Part shown: one piece after another, positions 34,368-41,309 of the stretch
How positions within the stretch are numbered: position 1 is the stretch's first letter
Layout: each line of letters begins with the position of its first letter
NCBI GenBank assembly: GCA_043718735.1
Contig: JAYSVC010000030.1
Span: 1 to 41,309, forward strand
Direction: 5' to 3'
Source: a bacterium
GTDB taxonomy: Bacteria; Patescibacteriota; Minisyncoccia; Phycocordibacterales; UBA5272
Length of the DNA stretch: 41,309 nucleotides
The notes under the pieces: generated by a model
Told to the model about the DNA's origin: nothing
What the model saw: only the letters and a program-made list of their open reading frames with translations
Database searches by the model: none
Made by a program: the position numbers and the translations under genes

Positions 34368-34715
34368 ATGACAACTTGGTTAAGTATTATAACTGACGAA
34401 CCAAAGCTATTAACTTCAGGTCAAAAAAAATACCTGGAACGACTAGCTACTGCCAGTAAAAGTGTTTCTAAAAATAAGTTAGATGGTCGCAGAAAGTCTC
34501 ATTTGCCAAAAAGCATTAAAATACTAGCTTTATCTAAAAAAATAATAAATAGCCTGATTGCTTCTAAGATAGAAAACATGTGTTGTCTTTGTAAGATGTC
34601 AAAAGGTGAAGTTAAAAACTTAAGTGGTATCGGTAAAACAAATTGTTTAAAAATAGAAAAGTCTTTAGAAAAATATGGACTGAAACTGAACACTGAATTA
34701 TCAGACTTTAATTAA
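34368..34715 (+). CDS. Small protein with RNA polymerase alpha C-terminal-domain-like helix-hairpin-helix
   Basis: ILALSKKIINSLIASKIENMCCLCKMSKGEVKNLSGIGKTNCLKIEKSLEKYGLKL follows the alpha-CTD pattern. Confidence 0.55.
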   Translation: MTTWLSIITDEPKLLTSGQKKYLERLATASKSVSKNKLDGRRKSHLPKSIKILALSKKIINSLIASKIENMCCLCKMSKGEVKNLSGIGKTNCLKIEKSLEKYGLKLNTELSDFN

Positions 34716-34724
34716 CTTTAAGAC

Positions 34725-34756
34725 AAAAACGACTGCAGTAAAGCAGCCGTTTTTAA
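34725..34756. terminator. Bidirectional terminator
   Basis: Stem AAAACGACTGC / GCAGCCGTTTT with one mismatch, between convergent genes. Confidence 0.65.
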
Positions 34757-34782
34757 TTTTCGTCATTTGTGTTATTTTTTTC

Positions 34783-36117
34783 TTAACTGCCCTCTCTACT
34801 TAAAACAGTTTTGATAGTTTTAAGTATAATTATAATATCTAAAATAATAGATCTATTTTTAATATAATACAAATCATATTTGAGCCTCTCTCTCGTGTCC
34901 TCAACAGTGCGAGGCTGATAATCCATATTAACCTGAGCCCAACCAGAAAGTCCCGGAGTCACACTGTAACGCAAATTATAATTCTCTATCTGTGTCTCCA
35001 GATTCTTCCAAAGGTTTACATTGTCAGTGCGAGGACCAATGAAACTAAGATCACCTTTTAACACCGCAAATACCTGAGGCAACTCATCTATTCTGGTCTT
35101 TCTAAGGAATGCCCCAACTTCTGTAATTTTATTTACACTGTTATCATGCCATACTCCTGCATCGGTAAAAGTCATACTTCTATATTTTTTAATAAATATT
35201 TTTTTATTATACCTTCCCACTCGCTCCTGAATACTATACACCTCTCTTCCGTCACCCTTTTTTATGGTCCACCACACCCATGGATGTAATATGGCCCAAA
35301 CTATCAAAATAGGAATACACAGAATTATATCTATGCTTCTTTTAACTACTTCATATATTTTTGTATCTACTTTCACCTCCTTAAAGAACCAATTATAGCT
35401 AATACTGGACAACATAGTTTTCTTAAAGATGAACTCGTAAAATGCGCTTATATCCATTATTTTTATGCCAGCTTTTGACATATCATATATGCTTGGGAGT
35501 AACTTTGTAATTTTTATATCACTAAGATCTAAAACTAAAATATTCAAATGTTTACTCTTAATAATGTCTGTGACATTTTTTTCTGAATACTTGTCAAAAT
35601 CTTCTATTAGACTTTGCACACTGTTATCTATCTCAAAGCTATTATTTTCTCTTATTACTTTTTCTATTTCGTCTTTATATTTTCCTGCACCTATTAAGGC
35701 TAACCTTATTTTATTTTTATTTGTAAAGTCAGAAATGAGACGTAATAAAAATGAAAAAGTTAAAAGCAGTCCAAGCTGTATAACTAATACAGTTTTTGGA
35801 GTATAGTCATTATGAAATAAATAAAAAAATGTAGTCCCAAAAAGTCCTGCTGCAAAAGTAACATAAATAATGCTCTTAATTTTTTTTAATCTTGAGCCTA
35901 TTTGCAACACTTCGTACATGCCCATAATATACATACCTGCTACAAAAATAATATATATAATTAAAAATGTAGGTATGTGTGATATAAAATAATTTACACT
36001 TACAAACTCTAAACGCCTTATGGATAAAGCAAAATATAAGGAAAGCAAAAAGATTGATGTGTCCATCAAAAATAAGCTATATTTCTTTATGTTTATTCCC
36101 CATATACTCATAAGCAT
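34783..36117 (-). CDS. Polyprenyl-phosphate sugar phosphotransferase (Bac_transf, WbaP/EpsL-like)
   Basis: N-terminal TM helices, then the C-terminal motif KYRSM...RIDELPQVFAVLKGDLSFIGPR. Confidence 0.85.
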   Translation of the reverse strand: MLMSIWGINIKKYSLFLMDTSIFLLSLYFALSIRRLEFVSVNYFISHIPTFLIIYIIFVAGMYIMGMYEVLQIGSRLKKIKSIIYVTFAAGLFGTTFFYLFHNDYTPKTVLVIQLGLLLTFSFLLRLISDFTNKNKIRLALIGAGKYKDEIEKVIRENNSFEIDNSVQSLIEDFDKYSEKNVTDIIKSKHLNILVLDLSDIKITKLLPSIYDMSKAGIKIMDISAFYEFIFKKTMLSSISYNWFFKEVKVDTKIYEVVKRSIDIILCIPILIVWAILHPWVWWTIKKGDGREVYSIQERVGRYNKKIFIKKYRSMTFTDAGVWHDNSVNKITEVGAFLRKTRIDELPQVFAVLKGDLSFIGPRTDNVNLWKNLETQIENYNLRYSVTPGLSGWAQVNMDYQPRTVEDTRERLKYDLYYIKNRSIILDIIIILKTIKTVLSREGS

Positions 36118-36203
36118 ATACTACACTTTTAAATAAGAAAAATCAAGTGCTTTACATTATAAATTATTTTTGTCAATTTACTTACAAAATACTTAAAAAT
36201 GTA

Positions 36204-36725
36204 CTAGAAGTGCACCATGTCTCCGACTTTTATATTTTTCTCTTGCACCACTTCTGCATTTAGCTCTAAGATATACTTTGCTTTTTGCGTGTTTCTAATT
36301 TTCTCTGATTTATTTGGCTCTACTTTGTTATACGCTTCTTTCTTTACATTAGCATGTATCTCTACTATCTTTTTATCAATATCAATAAAAATAATATCTA
36401 AATCATAATTCATATCCTTCATCCAAAAAGCATAATTGTCTTCTTTTTCAAAAATAAATAACATACCGCATTCCCTGCACATACTCACTCTGCCCGACAG
36501 TCCGAGACTAGTCTCTTCTCTTCCTTCTGCTTTTTCTATGAGATATTTGTTTTCGTTTATTTTTAAAGTACTATTATATCCTTCTATAATAAGCTTTTCT
36601 TCTGGCTTTGAATACTCTGTTTTGTTTTGATTTTTAGAAATACTATTTATATCTATTTTAGATATATTGTAAAAAAGTCCAATAATAAAAAAGACAAGAG
36701 AAAGTGAGAAAATTAGTCTTTGCAT
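36204..36725 (-). CDS. DUF192-family protein
   Basis: GLSGR...GMLFIF...FWMKDMNYDLDIIFID matches the DUF192 pattern. N-terminal TM/signal segment. Confidence 0.7.
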   Translation of the reverse strand: MQRLIFSLSLVFFIIGLFYNISKIDINSISKNQNKTEYSKPEEKLIIEGYNSTLKINENKYLIEKAEGREETSLGLSGRVSMCRECGMLFIFEKEDNYAFWMKDMNYDLDIIFIDIDKKIVEIHANVKKEAYNKVEPNKSEKIRNTQKAKYILELNAEVVQEKNIKVGDMVHF

Positions 36726-36732
36726 AGTTACA

Positions 36733-37302
36733 TTATTTTATGAAAGTATGTTTTACTCTTTCTGAGACTTTCATGTATATACCCCAAATAAACATTTGTA
36801 CCATTGAATGTATGAGTGGTTTGTATAGATCGGTTCCAATAAAAAGTTTTTGAGTTTCTTCATTTGGATAAACAACAGAGGTGAGCATTTGTATCTCCAT
36901 GAAATTAGACAAAACAAAAGCTATAGAAAAATAAATATAAAAATTGGGAAAATGTTTAGAGTCTTTTTCTATCAAAATAAATAGATATAGAATGTAAAAA
37001 AATATTGCAGACTGAGTAACTATTTGAAATCCAGTAGCAACAACTATACCGTCTATATGGAGAACATTTTGAGTTAGGCCGTCCACAAACAACAGTGAAG
37101 AAGAATATACGGACTGACCCAATTGATATAAAGTAAAAAATAAGCCTAGAATTGGTAATATAAGCCATCCTTTAACCCCTTTTAAATTATCTTGGGTTAA
37201 ATCTTTTTCTACAACAAGTTTTTGAATGCTGTCACACTGGCTACAAAATTTAGATTTGGCAACCAATACATTTCCACACTGAGTACAAAATTTGTTTTCC
37301 AT
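36733..37302 (-). CDS. Zinc-ribbon + multi-TM membrane protein
   Basis: N-terminal CTQCGN...CSQCD zinc ribbon followed by 4-5 TM helices. Confidence 0.65.
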   Translation of the reverse strand: MENKFCTQCGNVLVAKSKFCSQCDSIQKLVVEKDLTQDNLKGVKGWLILPILGLFFTLYQLGQSVYSSSLLFVDGLTQNVLHIDGIVVATGFQIVTQSAIFFYILYLFILIEKDSKHFPNFYIYFSIAFVLSNFMEIQMLTSVVYPNEETQKLFIGTDLYKPLIHSMVQMFIWGIYMKVSERVKHTFIK

Positions 37303-37319
37303 AGTTTTTTATTTATTTG

Positions 37320-37392
37320 TGGGCGATAAGGGATTCGAACCCCTGACATCTACAACGTCAATGTAGCGCTCTACCAACTGAGCTAACCGCCC
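37320..37392 (-). tRNA. tRNA-Val (GAC), CCA not encoded
   Basis: Manual cloverleaf: acceptor GGGCGGT/ATCGCCC, anticodon loop TTGACGT, T-loop TTCGAAT, 73 nt. Confidence 0.88.
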
Positions 37393-37417
37393 TTTTGATC
37401 TATACGATCTGTATTTT

Positions 37418-37426
37418 ATTATAGCA
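37418..37426 (-). promoter_or_regulatory. Extended -10 TGCTATAAT upstream of tRNA-Val
   Basis: Minus-strand TGCTATAAT about 26 nt upstream of the tRNA 5' end. Confidence 0.4.
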
Positions 37427-37605
37427 TAAAAAAATAATTAGCTCTAGATTTTTTATATTCTCACATGAGAACAAATTAATTTAAACTTTTACTACTCATT
37501 CTTCATTTCGTCAATATGTTCACAAAATATTTTTTACTAAGTATTTTCATGATAAAATTAATATATTAGAAATATAGATTTATAAATAAAAATAACTTAA
37601 AAAAT

Positions 37606-38721
37606 ATGGCATTAGCTAAAAAAGCAAAAAAAGTGGTGGTGAAAAAAATAAAAGGAGAAGCAGACAATGACAAAAGTATTGCAAATAGTGGCTCTAGAAG
37701 TGATGCATTATTAAAATCAATACAAGATAAATTCGGAGAGGGAGCAATAATGAAGCTGGGTAGTGCTCCAAAAGTAGACATAGAAGTGGTACCTACAGGT
37801 TCTATTGGCTTAGATTATGCACTCGGTGTTGGAGGTCTTCCTCGTGGACGTATAGTAGAGATATTCGGACCAGAATCATCAGGTAAAACTACATTAACAT
37901 TACATGTAATAGCTGAAGCACAGAAGATGGGTGGACTGTGTGCATTCATCGATGCTGAACACGCTATGGACCCAGAATATGCAAAAAAATTAGGGGTGAA
38001 TATAAATGAATTGTTGATATCACAACCAGACAATGGCGAGCAAGCACTTGAAATCGCAGAATCGATAGTTCGTAGTGGAAAAGTAGATGTATTAATCATA
38101 GACTCAGTAGCAGCATTAACCCCAAGAGACGAAATAGAAGGTGACATGGGTGCGCATCACGTTGGTAAGCAAGCGAGACTAATGAGTCAGGCATTAAGAA
38201 AATTAACTGCTATAGCCCATAAAAGTAAGACAGTTATTATTTTCATTAATCAAATCCGTATGCAAATAGGAGTGATGTTCGGTAATCCTGAGACAACGCC
38301 AGGAGGAAAAGCTCTTAAGTTCTACTCTTCTGTTCGTATAGACATACGCAAAACTGCACAAATAAAAAAAGGTGAAGACGTGGTAGGAGCAAGAACAAAA
38401 GTTAAAATTATAAAAAATAAAGTAGCTGCACCATTTAAAGTTACAGAATTTGATATCATATATAACGAAGGTATCTCAAAAGAGGGTGAGTTGTTAGCGC
38501 TCGGAGAGAAGTTTAAACTAGTTTCAAAATCAGGACAAAGTTATATGTATGGTGAGGAAAAACTTGGCCGTGGTTATGATGCGTCTAGAACATTTTTAAG
38601 AGAAAATGTGTTAATTAGTAAAAAATTAGAAGACGAGATAAAGCTAAAATTTGAAAAAGGTGAGGCAGTAGAAGCTGGGCAAGTAGATCCAGAAGAAAAT
38701 GAAGAACCAAGCGAAGAATAA
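37606..38721 (+). CDS. recA: Recombinase RecA with Lys-rich N-terminal extension
   Basis: [10 protein letters not shown] Walker [16 protein letters not shown], and an acidic C-terminal tail. Confidence 0.95.
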   Translation: MALAKKAKKVVVKKIKGEADNDKSIANSGSRSDALLKSIQDKFGEGAIMKLGSAPKVDIEVVPTGSIGLDYALGVGGLPRGRIVEIFGPESSGKTTLTLHVIAEAQKMGGLCAFIDAEHAMDPEYAKKLGVNINELLISQPDNGEQALEIAESIVRSGKVDVLIIDSVAALTPRDEIEGDMGAHHVGKQARLMSQALRKLTAIAHKSKTVIIFINQIRMQIGVMFGNPETTPGGKALKFYSSVRIDIRKTAQIKKGEDVVGARTKVKIIKNKVAAPFKVTEFDIIYNEGISKEGELLALGEKFKLVSKSGQSYMYGEEKLGRGYDASRTFLRENVLISKKLEDEIKLKFEKGEAVEAGQVDPEENEEPSEE

Positions 38722-38773
38722 TATATATAAAAAAATAATTTAGAATACAAATTATTTTATTAAAGAACTGTAT

Positions 38774-38801
38774 AAAAAGCGCGACCGTAGGTCGCGCTTT
38801 G
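38774..38801. terminator. Bidirectional terminator
   Basis: Stem AGCGCGACC (38778-38786) / GGTCGCGCT (38790-38798), flanked by A and T runs. Confidence 0.7.
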
Positions 38802-38815
38802 CTTATTCTACACTC

Positions 38816-39043
38816 TTAGATAAAAAACACTGTTACTGTGCAACTATGATTCGCAACTATTTGATTAGCTCTGTGTGCCAATGTCTCAGCGATTTCTTTT
38901 GTGCACTCAATAACGATTTCCTCTTTTCCAGAATGGACCACATACTTTATGAGATCTTTAACTAGCTTTGACTCTTTGTGAAAAAGTGCTGCTAACTTGT
39001 TACAAAAAGCTGGCCAAATTATTATTTTAGTACCAAAAGACAA
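38816..39043 (-). CDS. Hypothetical ORF (75 aa from TTG). The frame is open for 126 codons with no ATG or GTG.
   Basis: TTG at 39041-43 is the only start-like codon. The same frame stays open up to 39196. This may be a decayed gene or use a non-canonical start. Confidence 0.3.
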   Translation of the reverse strand: MSFGTKIIIWPAFCNKLAALFHKESKLVKDLIKYVVHSGKEEIVIECTKEIAETLAHRANQIVANHSCTVTVFFI

Positions 39044-39235
39044 ACCTTCACTTCGTATAAAAACTGCATACTCTGAAGGCTTTACTGATTTCTCAGGTAA
39101 AGAAATAGACGGTCTGTTAATTATTGCATTTTCTGATATTTTTATCCCCTTGTAAAATATTTTAAAAGAACTCTTTGAAGAAAATAATCTGAGTTTTTAT
39201 TCTAACACAAAAAAACTAAAACGTAAATGATGATT

Positions 39236-40096
39236 TTAGAATTGATTAACTACACGTAGGTCACCATTATACAGTGCACGCACATCGTCTAGCTCAGACT
39301 TCATCATAACCATCCTATCTACTCCACAACCAAAAGCAAATCCTTTATACTCTTTTGGGTTAATTCCTCCCGCTTGTAAGACATTAGGATGCACCATACC
39401 CGCCCCGCCAATTTCTATCCAGCCTGAACCACGACAAACATTACAATTTTCTTCTGTGTTTTCTTTTTTCTTTCCAGTTCCATTACACTTGAAACATTCC
39501 ATATCAACCTCATTCCCCGGCTCAACAAAAGGAAAATAAGATGAACGTAAACGAATATTTAACTTGGTTCCAAAAAAGTCTGAGAAAAACTTTTCAGTGA
39601 CTCCTATCATCATGGCGAGACTAGCATCCTTACCCACATATAACATTTCTATTTGATGGAATTGTGCCTCATGTGTTGCGTCTGTCGCTTCATTACGAAA
39701 AACTTTTCCAGGTACACAAATTGCTATTGGAAACATTTCTGATTCTAATTTTTCTCTATCTTCGCCAAGTTCTACTCTTTTCTTTATTTCATTTGTAACT
39801 TTTTCCATGGTTCTGATTTGCACTCCTGAGGTATGTGTTCTAAGCACGTAACCCATTTCTTCACCATATTTATCAATACCTTTTTTATCTTTTATCCAAA
39901 AAGTATCCTGCATGTCACGTGACGAGTGGAACTTTGCAACATTGAGTGCATCAAAATTATGCCACTCATCTTCTAGTTCTGGACCCGTCTCAGTATCAAA
40001 ACCCATATTAGAAAATATACTAGTTATACTATCTATAGCTAGTGTTATGGGGTGAGCATGGGCTTTTTTATTTATTAACAAATCATTTTTTTCCAT
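39236..40096 (-). CDS. pheS: Phenylalanine--tRNA ligase alpha subunit (short N-terminus)
   Basis: Class II motifs: FPFVEPGNEVD, CFKCNGTG...CNVCRGSGWIEIGGAGMVHPNVL, GFAFGCGVDR. Confidence 0.92.
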   Translation of the reverse strand: MEKNDLLINKKAHAHPITLAIDSITSIFSNMGFDTETGPELEDEWHNFDALNVAKFHSSRDMQDTFWIKDKKGIDKYGEEMGYVLRTHTSGVQIRTMEKVTNEIKKRVELGEDREKLESEMFPIAICVPGKVFRNEATDATHEAQFHQIEMLYVGKDASLAMMIGVTEKFFSDFFGTKLNIRLRSSYFPFVEPGNEVDMECFKCNGTGKKKENTEENCNVCRGSGWIEIGGAGMVHPNVLQAGGINPKEYKGFAFGCGVDRMVMMKSELDDVRALYNGDLRVVNQF

Positions 40097-40118
40097 ATTT
40101 ATGTTGTGTATTAAGATT

Positions 40119-40127
40119 ATTATAACA
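40119..40127 (-). promoter_or_regulatory. Extended -10 TGTTATAAT upstream of pheS
   Basis: Exact TGTTATAAT on the minus strand, 22 nt before the ATG. Confidence 0.4.
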
Positions 40128-40222
40128 TAAATCCATATCTTACAAAAATAATTAAAACATTATAAAAAGGCAGTAAAAGAGAAAAACAGTTAGTCAATAT
40201 TTATTTATCTTTTATATCTTGC

Positions 40223-40228
40223 TATAAT
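40223..40228 (+). promoter_or_regulatory. -10 box in the TATAATTAAT-N2-ATG arrangement (leaderless cmk)
   Basis: TATAAT ends 6 nt before the cmk ATG. This is the same TATAATTAATnnATG string seen at 24996 and 28165. Confidence 0.45.
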
Positions 40229-40234
40229 TAATGT

Positions 40235-40903
40235 ATGCAAAATAATATTCCCATCATCCCCATAGATGGACCATCAGCAAGCGGCAAAGGAACTATCGCC
40301 AGAAAATTAGCCAAACATTTTAATTTTAATTATCTTAACTCTGGATCACTTTATAGACTCACTGCCTATGCAGCAAAACAAAAAGATATTTCTTTTGAAG
40401 ACCATAAAAATATTATAAAAATAGGAGCAAATTTGTCTCCTATTTTTTTGGATGAAAAAGTTATAATCAATGATATTGATGTCTGGCCAGAAATCAGCAA
40501 AGAAGAAGTTGGAAAATTAGCTGCAATCATAAGTCCAATACCAGAGTTAAGGTCTACCCTTTTTAATTTTCAAAGATCACAAGTAAAATCTCCAGGACTA
40601 GTAGCTGAAGGTAGAGACATGACTAGTCAGGTGTTCAAAGATGCGATAATAAAAATATACTTAGATGCAACTCCAGAAGTGCAAGCAAGGAGAAGATTAA
40701 AAGATGAGCAAGATAAAAATATAAACGCAACATACGAAGACCTGTTAGAAACAATGAAAAAGAGAGATTATGCTGATAAAAACAGGAATATAGGGGCACT
40801 AAAATTAGTCCCAGATGCTCTCTACATAGACACTAGTGACTTGACCTGTGATGAAGTTTTTGAAAAAGCGAAGAGCTATTGTGAGGATATTCTTTTAAAA
40901 TAA
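40235..40903 (+). CDS. cmk: Cytidylate kinase
   Basis: IDGPSASGKGT P-loop, LNSGSLYR, and GRDMTSQVF. Confidence 0.9.
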   Translation: MQNNIPIIPIDGPSASGKGTIARKLAKHFNFNYLNSGSLYRLTAYAAKQKDISFEDHKNIIKIGANLSPIFLDEKVIINDIDVWPEISKEEVGKLAAIISPIPELRSTLFNFQRSQVKSPGLVAEGRDMTSQVFKDAIIKIYLDATPEVQARRRLKDEQDKNINATYEDLLETMKKRDYADKNRNIGALKLVPDALYIDTSDLTCDEVFEKAKSYCEDILLK

Positions 40904-40929
40904 AATCTAAAAAATACATCTACAAAAGT

Positions 40930-41309
40930 TTATTCTACTACAGGAGTTACTACCACTTCAGGAAGTATGATCTCTGTATAAGTAGTAGCAACCTCTTCTG
41001 TACTACCTACTATAATCTGATCTGTGCTGGCACTTGTACTATCTGTTGTCGATGCTATTATCGTTGATGTGGTTGACGAAGTTACTGATGATGTAGTAAA
41101 ATCTGTGATTATGGTCTGATTCTGATTAGTGGTATTTATACTTTGTAATATGGTTTTTATTTCACTCTCATTCAAACATGTTTGACCCACACATAACCTG
41201 TCTGTGTTTACAGTCTTGCTACTAAAACTCTCCCTCCACTCCCCCATTGTATTTACAATCTCTTTTATAGCTTGTATTACGTAAGGAATCAACCCCCCAT
41301 AAGCCACAG
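40930..41309 (-). CDS. C-terminal part of a larger S/T-rich secreted protein (5' end outside the window), possibly with a tail-fibre/S74-chaperone-like end
   Basis: The frame is open to the window edge. GLIPYVIQAIKEI resembles the intramolecular-chaperone region of tail-fibre-domain proteins, but only weakly. Confidence 0.5.
   Translation of the reverse strand, partial: VAYGGLIPYVIQAIKEIVNTMGEWRESFSSKTVNTDRLCVGQTCLNESEIKTILQSINTTNQNQTIITDFTTSSVTSSTTSTIIASTTDSTSASTDQIIVGSTEEVATTYTEIILPEVVVTPVVE

Noticed and set aside
37440-37605. SOS/LexA-type operator upstream of recA
   Set aside because: GAAC and GTTC half-sites occur but are about 45 nt apart. No CGAAC-N4-GTTCG or CTGT-N8-ACAG palindrome is present.
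39440-39530. CxxCxGxG ... CxxCxGxG (DnaJ-like zinc finger) inside PheS as a novel insertion
   Set aside because: A Cys-rich CFKCGG..C.VCKGTGW segment at this position is a normal feature of many bacterial PheS proteins. Only the linker is slightly longer here.
1-41309. Alternative genetic code (UGA recoding, as in some CPR lineages)
   Set aside because: Long conserved genes (ileS, recA, pheS, the serine recombinase) are uninterrupted under the standard code and end at sensible positions.

Overview
AT-rich, tightly packed bacterial chromosome segment. The style resembles a small-genome CPR/Patescibacteria-like organism, but that is inference. It uses the standard genetic code: long ORFs such as a 1174-aa IleRS are intact, so there is no UGA recoding. 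Housekeeping genes: atpB, ndk, rpsF-ssb-rpsR, recO-like, ileS behind a T-box leader, recA, pheS, cmk, and tRNA-Asn, tRNA-Lys and tRNA-Val. Many small secreted or membrane proteins of unknown function are interspersed. Five things stand out. (1) A ~7.6-kb putative integrated element (about 7.58-15.24 kb) abuts the 3' end of tRNA-Asn. It carries an AbiV-like HEPN gene, an unknown 438-aa protein, a gene II/X-type rolling-circle Rep with iterons, and a tightly overlapped xis-like HTH / C5-methyltransferase / HpaII-like endonuclease / large serine recombinase operon. The recombinase stop codon lies inside the tRNA. (2) The IleRS carries a complete histidine-phosphatase (RHG) domain nested inside its catalytic core. 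(3) A structured ~77-nt RNA with its own near-consensus promoter sits just upstream of tRNA-Asn. (4) A membrane/secretory cluster contains a polytopic-membrane + DCC thiol-oxidoreductase fusion and Cys-rich secreted proteins, and it is driven by two copies of a ~58-nt leaderless promoter module. (5) A 1013-aa YDG/MBG-repeat surface protein ends in a peptidoglycan-binding domain. Promoters repeatedly use an extended -10 (TGTTATAAT), and several genes look leaderless. No rRNA genes or CRISPR arrays were seen. All family assignments come from motif recognition by eye, not from searches.
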